This document shows, one piece after another, positions 31,242-41,148 of a stretch of 64,000 nucleotides of DNA (positions within the stretch are counted from its first letter, which is position 1; the number at the start of each line of letters is the position of its first letter). The notes under the pieces are model-generated. The model did no database searches and was not told the origin of the DNA. It was given only the letters and a program-made list of their open reading frames with translations. This stretch comes from a virus. The translations under genes and the position numbers were made by a program. The stretch lies in the UHGV virus genome UHGV-0125199, one strand, 5' to 3'.

Positions 31242-32102
31242 TTATTTGTCCGTTACAACAGTATTCGCTCCATTGACTGTTACAAATCCATGTTCCATAT
31301 GAGCTTCTGCTTCTTTCATTCTGATCAGTTCGTCTGTAATCGATTCTGATTTTAATCTGTTAGCCTCCGCTTCAGCTTTCGCCTTTGTAATTTCAATCTG
31401 AGCATCTGCTTCTGCCTGAATTTTTTCAGTCTCTTTCTGAACTTTTACCTTCTCCTGCTCCGCCTCTGCTTGCTGTTTCTCCTGAAGCGCTTTAACTCTA
31501 GCATCGATAGATTCCTTTAATTTGTCATCCGGATGAACATCAATAATAGACGCGTCAAGCACTTCAATTCCGAATGATTTTGTAAATTCATCATTTAAGT
31601 ATTCTGTCAATTTATTATTGATTTCAGATCTATTCCCGCTATATATTTGCATCATACTGTAATCCGTTGTAACTTCTGAAATTTTTGATTTTAATACTGT
31701 TTTTACTCTTTGTTCAACAATATCTTCTCCGTTCATCCCTTTAAATTTTTTATATGTATTGACAACTTCTTCTGGTCTGTATCTATATGACATCTGAAAA
31801 CTAATTGAAATACTTGCATCATCTGATGTCGCTACCTTAAACGAATCATCTTCCTCACTTCCATCTCTTTTGTCTTTTGAAAGAATCAGCTGTTCATTCC
31901 CAATTGTGAATTCTTTTACTTTTAAAAATGGATTGATAAAATGATATCCTTGACTAAGTGTTTCATCTTTTACTCCACCTTTCATGGAATATACAACCCC
32001 AACTTTACCCGTATCTATTTTTTCAAATGATTTGATTGTAAATACTCCTCCTACAACCGCTGCAGTTAAAACAATTCCTACTACTAATCCTTCTTTACTC
32101 AT
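31242..32102 (-). CDS. SPFH/band-7 (HflK/C-like) membrane protein
   Basis: N-terminal TM, 'VGVVYSMKGGV...GYHFINPFL' SPFH core, Ala/Glu/Gln-rich coiled-coil tail. Confidence 0.7.
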   Translation of the reverse strand: MSKEGLVVGIVLTAAVVGGVFTIKSFEKIDTGKVGVVYSMKGGVKDETLSQGYHFINPFLKVKEFTIGNEQLILSKDKRDGSEEDDSFKVATSDDASISISFQMSYRYRPEEVVNTYKKFKGMNGEDIVEQRVKTVLKSKISEVTTDYSMMQIYSGNRSEINNKLTEYLNDEFTKSFGIEVLDASIIDVHPDDKLKESIDARVKALQEKQQAEAEQEKVKVQKETEKIQAEADAQIEITKAKAEAEANRLKSESITDELIRMKEAEAHMEHGFVTVNGANTVVTDK

Positions 32103-32262
32103 GTTTTTCTTTCTCCTTCTCGTTTGTTTTTTCTTTATTAATATCCTTGTCCAGTTTTACATCATCTCTTTTCATTGCATTCACAACTTTATTTCCGATG
32201 TAAATTACCAACAAGGTAGCAACCGCAAATCCCATTGCTGCAAGTAAAAATACTACCCACAT
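32095..32262 (-). CDS. small single-TM protein overlapping the SPFH start (possible NfeD-like partner; not in the ORF track)
   Basis: 55-aa ORF 'MWVVFLLAAMGFAVATLLVIYIG...KEKEKHE*' overlaps SPFH start by 8 nt. Confidence 0.3.
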   Translation of the reverse strand: MWVVFLLAAMGFAVATLLVIYIGNKVVNAMKRDDVKLDKDINKEKTNEKEKEKHE

Positions 32263-32333
32263 TTTCTATTCTCCTTTTATCTATATGTTTTATAATATAT
32301 ATAACAAAAATTATTCAAAAAATAATAAGGTTA

Positions 32334-32747
32334 TCATAATTCCGAAAAATCAAAGTGCTCACCGCAGCTACACTCAACTGTTCCAAACACTCCAATTGAT
32401 GTTGGCGTAAATTTATATGTATAGCTTCCGCCAATTGTCCCACTATATCTCATCTTTTTAGAAGATTTTGTAATTCCATGAACTTTTCCTTCGTGTTCAT
32501 TCTTCCATTTCTTAATTCTCTCATTTTCAATCTTTGTAATTGGAAATCCACGCCGAAGATCTTCTCTCATATTATCTAACTGTTGATTCATCTTCTGAAT
32601 TTCTTCATCTTTGCTATATTCGTCCGTTAGTCTTTTATTCTCTTTTACAAGACGGTCAATGCGCATATCTTTGTTTTTACATTCATCCATAATAAAATCA
32701 ACTGCGTCATGAACTGTCCTACACGTTTTCTCTGATCTCACCAGCAT
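32334..32747 (-). CDS. hypothetical protein
   Basis: ORF in chain. Confidence 0.3.
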   Translation of the reverse strand: MLVRSEKTCRTVHDAVDFIMDECKNKDMRIDRLVKENKRLTDEYSKDEEIQKMNQQLDNMREDLRRGFPITKIENERIKKWKNEHEGKVHGITKSSKKMRYSGTIGGSYTYKFTPTSIGVFGTVECSCGEHFDFSEL

Positions 32748-32749
32748 AA

Positions 32750-33094
32750 TTAATCCTCTTTTTTCTTATTCTCTTCTTGATTCACTCCAACATTCGCTAT
32801 TTTATAAAGAATATCGTATAACCATTCACGAAAACTACACTTTCGTGATTCAAATTTATCAGCTATGAAACAAAGTAATATAATTACAAATATAATTACA
32901 GGTGAAAACCATCCGCATAAACATATACATAATAAATCTCTTACATTAAAATAGTCCTTTAAATCTTCTTTGTTATATTCACTTTTCCTTAAAGTACTAA
33001 GAAGCAAAAACAGCCATGAAAGAAAACCTACAAAAATCCACGATGCAATAATAAAAATAATTACCACCTCCGTTCTGCTACGATATAAAACCAA
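32750..33094 (-). CDS. membrane protein
   Basis: two hydrophobic helices. Confidence 0.3.
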   Translation of the reverse strand: MVLYRSRTEVVIIFIIASWIFVGFLSWLFLLLSTLRKSEYNKEDLKDYFNVRDLLCICLCGWFSPVIIFVIILLCFIADKFESRKCSFREWLYDILYKIANVGVNQEENKKKED

Positions 33095-33097
33095 GAT

Positions 33098-33340
33098 TTA
33101 ATTTATATTAATAAACGATTCTCCATTTTGATTCATAATACTGATAGTATGACTTCCTTTTAATAGTCGCATGATACTAGCAATTTCTTTTTCACATTTA
33201 GGGCATAAATCTTTTTGCTTAGAATTAGTTGTTACAGTTTGAAAAGATCCAACGGATAGTTCCGGCAACACATAATCAGGCGTATGTTCACACTCTTTAC
33301 CGCATAGATCACAATAGTATTTTTCTTCAACTTTTTTCAT
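33098..33340 (-). CDS. Zn-ribbon protein
   Basis: 'CDLCGKEC...CPKC'. Confidence 0.3.
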   Translation of the reverse strand: MKKVEEKYYCDLCGKECEHTPDYVLPELSVGSFQTVTTNSKQKDLCPKCEKEIASIMRLLKGSHTISIMNQNGESFININ

Positions 33341-33343
33341 AAT

Positions 33344-33544
33344 TTAATTCTCCATTTCTTCAAGTATTTCTCTTATCTCTTTATTTTGTTCTTGTCTTAA
33401 TTTCGATTTAAACATTCTTCGGTTTTTCTTTTTCATTTTAGACCATCCATTATGATTATTCGCCCAACATGCATACCGTTTGCTAAACCACGACTGACCA
33501 TATTCTGAAAACTGTCTTCGAGAGACTTCATTCGACTTCTTCAT
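33344..33544 (-). CDS. small basic protein
   Basis: 66 aa, K/R-rich. Confidence 0.25.
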   Translation of the reverse strand: MKKSNEVSRRQFSEYGQSWFSKRYACWANNHNGWSKMKKKNRRMFKSKLRQEQNKEIREILEEMEN

Positions 33545-33554
33545 TTATTCTCCC

Positions 33555-34310
33555 TTACAATTCAATATAATTCCATCTTTTCTTATCTTCATATTTCCAC
33601 TGGATCTGTCCTTGGTAAATTCTGGTTTCTATATTCTCTACATTATCCATACCAAGGATAAATTCTCTATAAGAATCAATATCTCTCTCGGATAAACCAT
33701 GAATTGCTTTAAAAATGTCTAAATTCTTACAAATATGCTCTACTGACCATTCATAATCCGTTAACGATAATTGTCTTTTAAACTCTTTTACATTTTTGTC
33801 TACTTCGGATTTTGCTTCTTCATATGTAAAATAGACTTTATCAGGACGAATTGAAACATGATCAATATGATGCTGCCACATAGGATATTTCTTTAAAATT
33901 CTATATCCTTCTTTAGTAATATCTTCTCCAATAACACCATGAAAAATCGTATTGTCTTTCACTAAAATTCCTTTATCGTATGCATGTTTTATATTTTCAG
34001 GATTTTCAATATCAATAAGACCAAACTCTTTTTCTTCTTCTGTTAGATCAGAATATGTCATTTCAAACAACTTCGTATTATACGCCCAGCCTTTCGGCAA
34101 CTTCTTGTATTTGGTTTCACTTTCAAATTCATCAATAGGAATTCCATTCACTAATCTTCTTTCTCTTAAAACAAGATAGTCGATAACAATTGCATCAGAA
34201 AACTGCTCGTCCACTATTCCATACCTTACTGTATACCCACCATTACCTTCACTATGACACCAATAAACAATATCTCCATTTTTAAATCTTTTCTCAAATC
34301 CCTGTTTCAT
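33555..34310 (-). CDS. hypothetical protein
   Basis: 251-aa ORF. Confidence 0.3.
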   Translation of the reverse strand: MKQGFEKRFKNGDIVYWCHSEGNGGYTVRYGIVDEQFSDAIVIDYLVLRERRLVNGIPIDEFESETKYKKLPKGWAYNTKLFEMTYSDLTEEEKEFGLIDIENPENIKHAYDKGILVKDNTIFHGVIGEDITKEGYRILKKYPMWQHHIDHVSIRPDKVYFTYEEAKSEVDKNVKEFKRQLSLTDYEWSVEHICKNLDIFKAIHGLSERDIDSYREFILGMDNVENIETRIYQGQIQWKYEDKKRWNYIEL

Positions 34311-34324
34311 ATTTTACTTTTCTC

Positions 34325-34867
34325 CTACAAAATTCTGTCCAATTCATCATCTGAAGCTACAATTCTTTCCACTTCATATCCGAGATTGTTTAGAAGCATT
34401 ATCCAATCCCAATTAGACAATCCATGTCCACATATATCGAAATCATCTCCATATCTTAAAACGCTGAAACTATCTGATTCATTTGTAATAACTCTGATCT
34501 TCTTCGATTTATCACCATATTTTTTATGATATCCTTTTAAAACATCCTTGCATTCTTGAATTACTCCTTCCATAAATTCAATATCACCTTCAACGCTTTC
34601 CATTGCTTCCGAAAGTATATAATTAAAATCGTTTGAAGAACATTTTCCAGCTAATGAATTGTCGCTGCTTCTGGTTTCCATATAATAAGAATCATCTTTT
34701 AACTTTTTAATATCAATGGTATATCCGATAAATTTTGCAATAAAATGATCATCATTTTTTAAATCTTCATTTACAAGTTTCACTTCTTCATTTTTAAACT
34801 TTGCAATGGCTTCTCTCATCTGCACACACCTACTTTCTAAAAAACTTATAAGGATCTCCAATTCCAC
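34325..34867 (-). CDS. hypothetical protein
   Basis: 180-aa ORF. Confidence 0.3.
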   Translation of the reverse strand: MELEILISFLESRCVQMREAIAKFKNEEVKLVNEDLKNDDHFIAKFIGYTIDIKKLKDDSYYMETRSSDNSLAGKCSSNDFNYILSEAMESVEGDIEFMEGVIQECKDVLKGYHKKYGDKSKKIRVITNESDSFSVLRYGDDFDICGHGLSNWDWIMLLNNLGYEVERIVASDDELDRIL

Positions 34868-35123
34868 ATGACTTTACAATCTCAATAGCAATATCAGCCG
34901 GAATATAAACAGCTTCATCAGATGAATTGTCTCCGCAAATATATTCTCCATTTAATGCTGCGTATAATCGTAATTGATCAATAACCATATCCATATCAAA
35001 AGCTACCGGCTGTTTATCAATCAAATCGTCAATGTATCCAACTCCAACTTGACCAGGAGAAAATCCTGTTTCTTTTGCAAACTGTTTTGCTAGTTTTTGC
35101 TTATCAATAAATTCTGTACTCAT
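34830..35123 (-). CDS. hypothetical protein
   Basis: 97-aa ORF. Confidence 0.3.
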   Translation of the reverse strand: MSTEFIDKQKLAKQFAKETGFSPGQVGVGYIDDLIDKQPVAFDMDMVIDQLRLYAALNGEYICGDNSSDEAVYIPADIAIEIVKSCGIGDPYKFFRK

Positions 35124-35129
35124 ACTTTA

Positions 35130-35558
35130 TTATCTTTCTCTGTATTCCAAGTTATCTATTTCTAAACTGCTAATATATTCCATTAAAATATTTTTAGCAG
35201 TTGCTTCATCAAAAATAATATTTCTCGTTGGAATTTCTCCAGCAATAAAAACCGTCGGTTTAGATGATACTAGAGCATTCATTTTATAAGCAATGGGTTC
35301 AATAGGGGCTTTTCTAAATATAGAACGAAAACCCATATAGTCATTGGTATATGCTTCACAATCAAAAGCTAATCCTGTATAAACTTCGTCCCATTCAAAA
35401 TCATTTTCATTAAATAGGCATGTGTCTTCTATATATAAGTAGTCATCATCGCTTATTGCACAGTATTTTTTAGCAGCATTCAAATTTGTGAATACCCCTT
35501 CTACTGAATAATCATCTCCACCCTTAGTTCCACTTGTAACCATATACACATTCTTCAT
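35130..35558 (-). CDS. hypothetical protein
   Basis: 142-aa ORF. Confidence 0.3.
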   Translation of the reverse strand: MKNVYMVTSGTKGGDDYSVEGVFTNLNAAKKYCAISDDDYLYIEDTCLFNENDFEWDEVYTGLAFDCEAYTNDYMGFRSIFRKAPIEPIAYKMNALVSSKPTVFIAGEIPTRNIIFDEATAKNILMEYISSLEIDNLEYRER

Positions 35559-35590
35559 TTTTATTCTCCCAATGAAAGTTCTCTTTCAAA

Positions 35591-35872
35591 TTATTTCTCC
35601 ACAACTACATTATTATCTTTAGGATTATTTGCAATGTGCAATTCTGCATAAACTTCATAGACATCCGACTTAAAGAATGAGTTGCTGTAAACAAGTCCAT
35701 CTAATAAATTCACCGCACAATTTTCTCCGATATCTGAAAGTTTCATATAGTAAGTTTCTCTGAAGCAAAATACATGTCCTGATTTAATATTCATTACATT
35801 TGTCATCATTTTCTTATTCGATACAATTTTCATATAATCAGTCATCCTTCCTATTTTTATAAATGACACCAT
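35591..35872 (-). CDS. hypothetical protein
   Basis: 93-aa ORF. Confidence 0.3.
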   Translation of the reverse strand: MVSFIKIGRMTDYMKIVSNKKMMTNVMNIKSGHVFCFRETYYMKLSDIGENCAVNLLDGLVYSNSFFKSDVYEVYAELHIANNPKDNNVVVEK

Positions 35873-36001
35873 TTATTTACTAAGTCCGCCTGCTTTTCTG
35901 TGAGTTCTGTAAGAAGAATCTCATTTAATAAATCAAGCTGCAATTCAGCCATCTCTCTGCAAATCTCTCCACACTCTGGCTCTGGTTTTTCGATACAATT
36001 T

Positions 36002-36304
36002 TTACATGCTCCGGTACAAATCTTCATATTTAAATCGCTCCATTTCTTTCTTCTGTTTCTGAATCTTAATTGCCTGATCACAAATAATCTCGCGTAACAT
36101 TTCAATGTCTTGTTTATGCATATCAGTAGACGTATTAGCCATTGTATTTGTTTTTATCAATGAACAAATACACTCCATACATTCTGTCATATCATCAACA
36201 GTAATATCTGATTGACATCCGTTTTCTACCATCAAATATAATTCACTCAAATTTTTGTTATATTGTCTAATTGTATCGAAATTTTCTTCAGATAATTTTC
36301 TCAT
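36002..36304 (-). CDS. hypothetical protein
   Basis: 100-aa ORF; downstream 35857..36105 ORF overlaps and is probably shorter (Cys-rich, from internal Met ~36027). Confidence 0.3.
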   Translation of the reverse strand: MRKLSEENFDTIRQYNKNLSELYLMVENGCQSDITVDDMTECMECICSLIKTNTMANTSTDMHKQDIEMLREIICDQAIKIQKQKKEMERFKYEDLYRSM

Positions 36305-37230
36305 TATTCACACCTCGCTTTATCACACTCATGAAATCTTAATAACATGTTATATTTTTCTTTGCCAAATATGTTTTTCCATTTATTTTTAGTTTTTTCC
36401 GTGTTCCAATTAAAAGGCATCATGTGATAATTAATTAAAAAACAACAATCTAACAAAAAATCATCGGTATTATATTCTTCAAATGGATTATGTAATGTTG
36501 TTAAAACACAATACGATCCGACGTTTTCATGTCCAAAATAATGAGCAATCCCATTTTCATCAATCGTCTGTGTGCACAATTTACCAAAATCATGTATTTT
36601 TGCACCAAGAAGAAAACCGCTTTTATATACATCATAAGGATGAGCCAAATCTGAAAACTTGTTATATGTAAAATCACAATGGTCTTCTAAATACATATTG
36701 TGGTGCGGATTTTTTTGATCAAATCCTGTCATTGATATCATAACTGCATTTGGAAGGATTTTTTCAGCATATGAATATCCCATATCATGAATAATAATTT
36801 CACTAAATCCTTCTTCTTTAAAAGGAATTTGAAATCTTCTTAACTGCTTTTCGAGTACATATTCTGGTACTGTATGTTCTCTATTCTTATTATCTTTAAC
36901 ACAATCTTTGTATTTCTTAGGTACAATATAACAAATCTTCTCAACATCCAATTTTTTCACGTGCTCAACAATCGCGCGTCGTGACTTTATCGTGATATTC
37001 GTTGCATCTGCAATTACATTTTTATTCTTATTTAATGATTCTCTTATTCTCTTATTAAAAATATTAAACACTTTTTCATTATCAGATTGATTTTGGCATG
37101 ATCCAAATAATTCTTCTCTAATTGCATCTGAAGATACAATCTCTGCATTATATTTGATAGCTAAATCTTTTGCAATGCTGGACTTTCCGCTTCCAGAAAG
37201 TCCACACATAATAAATAATTTTGGCTTCAT
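36304..37230 (-). CDS. Polynucleotide kinase (P-loop) fused to HD phosphohydrolase; putative RNA end-healing enzyme
   Basis: N-terminal 'FIMCGLSGSGKSSIAKDL' Walker A kinase. C-terminal 'PHHNMYLEDH','AKIHDFGK','FGHENVG','RFHECDKAR' HD-domain residues. Confidence 0.6.
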   Translation of the reverse strand: MKPKLFIMCGLSGSGKSSIAKDLAIKYNAEIVSSDAIREELFGSCQNQSDNEKVFNIFNKRIRESLNKNKNVIADATNITIKSRRAIVEHVKKLDVEKICYIVPKKYKDCVKDNKNREHTVPEYVLEKQLRRFQIPFKEEGFSEIIIHDMGYSYAEKILPNAVMISMTGFDQKNPHHNMYLEDHCDFTYNKFSDLAHPYDVYKSGFLLGAKIHDFGKLCTQTIDENGIAHYFGHENVGSYCVLTTLHNPFEEYNTDDFLLDCCFLINYHMMPFNWNTEKTKNKWKNIFGKEKYNMLLRFHECDKARCE

Positions 37231-38535
37231 TTACATTGCTTCCTCCATCAGTTCTTCAGCCTCTTCCATATCCGGAACATCTGAAGTATCTTTAATAATT
37301 GATTCAATTACCTTAAACTCAAACACTTTGTCCTTATAAGCTGTAAATGATTCTCTATTGTCAATACGTACAACCACACCTTCAGCAATGTGCGTTCTTC
37401 CAATTTCGTCTGCCGGCATACCAGATAAATATTTATTCACTCTTTCCATTAGATCTTCTTTTGTTGTATAAATAAATTTTTCTAATTCTGGAACATATTT
37501 TACACCAAGTTTATCACACCAAATTTTAACCACTTCCCAAGGAACTTCCATTACTGTTCCATCACCGGTTGTCATAGTCATACGATAAACATACATCTCA
37601 GATTCTCCTGGCTGACAACCATAAGAAAATGTTGTCTCTTTCCCAAACTTCTTTGTAAACTCTTTATCTTTGACTTTTGAATTTGATGCAGAACCCATAA
37701 TTGGTGTAGTCTCATTTACATATCCTACAATTTCGTAAAACACTTCACATCCTTCAGGTAATTTATCCTTTAATAAATCATGATATTTTTTTCTGAATGC
37801 ATTATCAGAATAATATCCATCTGTGCTATTCAAATCTTTAATTACAACTCTTCTACTTCCAGACACAACAGAAATTTCTTTTGTCTGTTTCTGTTTCATA
37901 TGTAATAATTCTCTCAATTTATTGTTCTTCTTTGTGATTTTTAATGTCTTAGCAGTACGAGCAGAAGTTCCATGAAGCTTACGTGTAATATAGATCGTAT
38001 CGCCAGGCTTAAAAGAATTTAAATTATATGCAAGCTGCGCAGTATCTTTATGTTCTTCAAAAAATGGATAGGAAATATTTTCTTTATACTTCTCTTTCTT
38101 TTTATTAGAGTTAATATTACTCCTTTTATTTCCTCTTGGAATATACTTTTTACAAATCTCATGTCCTCCAAGAACTGTAATTTGATCTCCATCTTTCAGT
38201 TTATTAATATCAGTATATTTCGAAAGTGTATCAATTGGTAAAATCAGTCCTTCAGATTTTTCACCTCTTAATCTGATTGCGGTTACATTTCTCTTATTTG
38301 GATCCATATAACCACCAACGTTATTACCGTTTTCATCCTTTGCTCTCACAAGTTTGTTGTCATTTGCATACTCTTCAGAAAGCTGTCCATCAGACGGAAA
38401 GAATACAACCCTCTGTCCATCTTTATAACTCAAATCCACAATTACATTCTGTCCGAATACCTCTACACACTGTAAACGGTCAGCATTGCTATGTTTTCTT
38501 AATCCTTTAAGTGTTGTAATATATCCACAATACAT
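37231..38535 (-). CDS. RNA ligase (Rnl2/Rnl5-like KxHG nucleotidyltransferase) with N-terminal tRNA-binding OB-like domain
   Basis: N-terminal 'RKHSNADRLQCVEVFGQ' resembles Trbp111/CsaA tRNA-binding OB. 'ITRKLHGTSAR' matches RNA ligase motif I KxHG[TS]. Confidence 0.55.
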   Translation of the reverse strand: MYCGYITTLKGLRKHSNADRLQCVEVFGQNVIVDLSYKDGQRVVFFPSDGQLSEEYANDNKLVRAKDENGNNVGGYMDPNKRNVTAIRLRGEKSEGLILPIDTLSKYTDINKLKDGDQITVLGGHEICKKYIPRGNKRSNINSNKKKEKYKENISYPFFEEHKDTAQLAYNLNSFKPGDTIYITRKLHGTSARTAKTLKITKKNNKLRELLHMKQKQTKEISVVSGSRRVVIKDLNSTDGYYSDNAFRKKYHDLLKDKLPEGCEVFYEIVGYVNETTPIMGSASNSKVKDKEFTKKFGKETTFSYGCQPGESEMYVYRMTMTTGDGTVMEVPWEVVKIWCDKLGVKYVPELEKFIYTTKEDLMERVNKYLSGMPADEIGRTHIAEGVVVRIDNRESFTAYKDKVFEFKVIESIIKDTSDVPDMEEAEELMEEAM

Positions 38536-38540
38536 AATTA

Positions 38541-39092
38541 CTATTCCTCTCTTTCATATTCGTCTACTTCTCTACATATCTCCCTATAATAATCAGATGT
38601 TCCATTTTCATATTTATCTCCATCATCTACATCTTTACAATATGGACATATATATCCTTCTCCGTTTTTAATAAGGATATCTGTTCGCATTAGCATCCCG
38701 CATTTATCACACACATCTACATCTTCAAATTCAACATCAAGTTCTCTTTTGATAATATCAATCTTATATCCTAGGATGAATTCTTTCTCAATTAAAACCC
38801 CAATTATTTCTGAATCAAAAATATCTGAATCATACCATTCCAGTGAATTTCTATAATCAAATAATTTCTTATTATCTGTGTCAATACAAGCTTTTCCAAA
38901 AGCTGCATACCACGAGCACGTTCCCGTCACATACTCAATTCCTTCGTCTGCAAAGTCATACGGTGATATTCCAGTAATTCGAATAAGTTGATATAAAAAT
39001 TCATTCAAAAAATCATCTGTGATCAAAATTTTAATATCTGATGGAATTGTATATTCAATATGTACACTATCTACACTTCTTACTATTGGCAT
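38541..39092 (-). CDS. hypothetical Zn-binding protein
   Basis: 'CDKCG..CPYC'. Confidence 0.3.
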   Translation of the reverse strand: MPIVRSVDSVHIEYTIPSDIKILITDDFLNEFLYQLIRITGISPYDFADEGIEYVTGTCSWYAAFGKACIDTDNKKLFDYRNSLEWYDSDIFDSEIIGVLIEKEFILGYKIDIIKRELDVEFEDVDVCDKCGMLMRTDILIKNGEGYICPYCKDVDDGDKYENGTSDYYREICREVDEYEREE

Positions 39093-39110
39093 AAATTGAT
39101 TCTCCTTATC

Positions 39111-39626
39111 TCAACATCTCGCATATTCATCTACAAATTTCTTCATTACTCTCGAAACATGTGGCTGAGAACATCCGGCAATTTTCATTATTTCCACTTG
39201 TTTATATCCTTGTAAAAATAATGAGATGATAGGTTTATGTTTTTCTTTCATTTTATTAAATGCATTTCGAATAGCAACTTTATGAATACAATCGTTTTCA
39301 ACATTTTGATCCGATTGAATTTTATCAATAAATTCTACCTTGTTTCCGGATTCATTCTCGTACTCTGTGTTATAATATAGAATCTCATTTTTTGGAATTG
39401 TCCTTTGACGTAACTCTTTTTTCTTTTCGCTATACACTTCATTAAACATACATTTGAATGCATATGTAGAAAATTTGGACGTTCCTTCATTAAATGTTTT
39501 CGCTGCTTTACACATTCCAATTGCAGCCAAATCATACCAATCTTCCATATTTAATTTTTCTTTTTGTAAAAATCTATAGATCAAATTATGATTGTCAGTT
39601 ACTAACTGCCTCTGATAATCTGTCAA
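39111..39626 (-). CDS. RNA polymerase sigma factor (sigma-70 family, regions 2 and 4)
   Basis: 'YKQVEIMKIAGCSQPHVSRV' region-4 HTH; N-terminal region-2-like 'DWYDLAAIGMCKAAKTF'. Confidence 0.6.
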   Translation of the reverse strand: MTDYQRQLVTDNHNLIYRFLQKEKLNMEDWYDLAAIGMCKAAKTFNEGTSKFSTYAFKCMFNEVYSEKKKELRQRTIPKNEILYYNTEYENESGNKVEFIDKIQSDQNVENDCIHKVAIRNAFNKMKEKHKPIISLFLQGYKQVEIMKIAGCSQPHVSRVMKKFVDEYARC

Positions 39627-39738
39627 TTTATCACCTCATTTATAACAAAATTTTTAAATAAGATATTTATCTCCTTTTAATTCACTCATTTTCACTATAC
39701 AATCTGTAATTTTTACAATAGTAAAAAGACATTTATTC

Positions 39739-40167
39739 TCATTGGTCAGAATTAATTAAATTACATACAAGTTCGTTTAGTTCATTCTTTTTACTTTTTG
39801 GTATGTAACACACAAATTCTGTATACATATCTAAACCTTCCTTATATCTATTAATTTCATTTTCTTCTTTACAAAAATCAATATTATGTTCATTGCATAC
39901 CTTAACTAAAACGTCCCTTAAATGATACCCATCGCAACTATCCGATCCTGTTTTCTGAATATCAATATCTTTGCTTATAACATTATCAACTTCAATGTTC
40001 GTATAACAATTATTCCCTTTTCCGTCTAAATCAGTTATGCAAACCTTATTGTTAATTAGGTTATACCATATCTTTTCGAACGTTTCACTCTTGACTAGTC
40101 TATTTTCTTCATACCTTGAAAAACTATAATATCCTACGGCTCTTACCCTTAAATTAACCAAATTCAT
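39739..40167 (-). CDS. hypothetical protein
   Basis: ORF. Confidence 0.3.
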   Translation of the reverse strand: MNLVNLRVRAVGYYSFSRYEENRLVKSETFEKIWYNLINNKVCITDLDGKGNNCYTNIEVDNVISKDIDIQKTGSDSCDGYHLRDVLVKVCNEHNIDFCKEENEINRYKEGLDMYTEFVCYIPKSKKNELNELVCNLINSDQ

Positions 40168-40193
40168 AGTCTATATTCCTCCTATTATTGTTG

Positions 40194-40439
40194 TCAATCT
40201 ACCACCACAGTTAATCCACTCTTTATATTCTCTTCTGGTTTACTCCACTCTTCATATTCCAAGACTGTATCATCTTCTTCATAGGTGTCTCCATCCATGG
40301 AAATCAGTTTCCCATTCTTACTCGCAGCGCAACCAATGAATATGGATTTTCCGTAATATTTTTCTTTATCTTTTGGAATCTTTAATCTATATGAGATGTA
40401 ATCGTAATCTTTATTTTTAATCAGATCTTTAACTGTCAA
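40194..40439 (-). CDS. hypothetical protein
   Basis: ORF. Confidence 0.25.
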   Translation of the reverse strand: MTVKDLIKNKDYDYISYRLKIPKDKEKYYGKSIFIGCAASKNGKLISMDGDTYEEDDTVLEYEEWSKPEENIKSGLTVVVD

Positions 40440-40770
40440 AATATTCTTTCACCTCATCGAATCCTTTATAAGTTATTCCTTCTTCAATTGGTTTTAAAAA
40501 ATCGCATAAAAATTTTAAAATTTTCTTACAGTCATCAACTGTTTCCACCTTATCCAAATTCAACTTTGGAGTATAATATGTTCTTGTATTGGACAAACCT
40601 TTTATATTCTCTTCCTCTATATCTTTGCTATGATCAAATGCTCTTAATTCTTCTTTTGATAACCATTTAATCCATGCACCACAATCACTACAATACAATC
40701 CCGTATTGTTACCCTTTTGATCAGTATATAAATCTGTGCTGCCACATTTTTTACAACAATTTTGATACAT
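40429..40770 (-). CDS. Zn-ribbon protein
   Basis: 'CKKCGS...CSDCG'. Confidence 0.3.
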   Translation of the reverse strand: MYQNCCKKCGSTDLYTDQKGNNTGLYCSDCGAWIKWLSKEELRAFDHSKDIEEENIKGLSNTRTYYTPKLNLDKVETVDDCKKILKFLCDFLKPIEEGITYKGFDEVKEYFDS

Positions 40771-40815
40771 TTATTTTCCTCTTTTTTTTATGAAACTATT
40801 CTTTCATTCATCTTA

Positions 40816-41130
40816 TTACAAAAAAATAATATCTTCGTATTCTCCTGTATAACATGGCATGATTACTGTATTAAAAAACTTTTTATCAATCCTCTCATCA
40901 CACCACATTTTCCCGGATCTAAATCCTATGAATGATTTTGATGCTTCCACCCAGATTAATTTTGTTCCGTCTGTAAATTCTGTTCGTAATTCATATTTAC
41001 TATGAAATTTTTTAGAAACAATTTTACCACATGTTTTCTCAATTCCTGACATAATATCAATCGCTCTATAATAATCAAACTCAACAACAGCCCATTTTTT
41101 TATCAAACATTTTTTTAAATCCTGGTTCAT
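40816..41130 (-). CDS. hypothetical protein
   Basis: ORF. Confidence 0.3.
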   Translation of the reverse strand: MNQDLKKCLIKKWAVVEFDYYRAIDIMSGIEKTCGKIVSKKFHSKYELRTEFTDGTKLIWVEASKSFIGFRSGKMWCDERIDKKFFNTVIMPCYTGEYEDIIFL

Positions 41131-41148
41131 TATCTTACTACATCTCCA

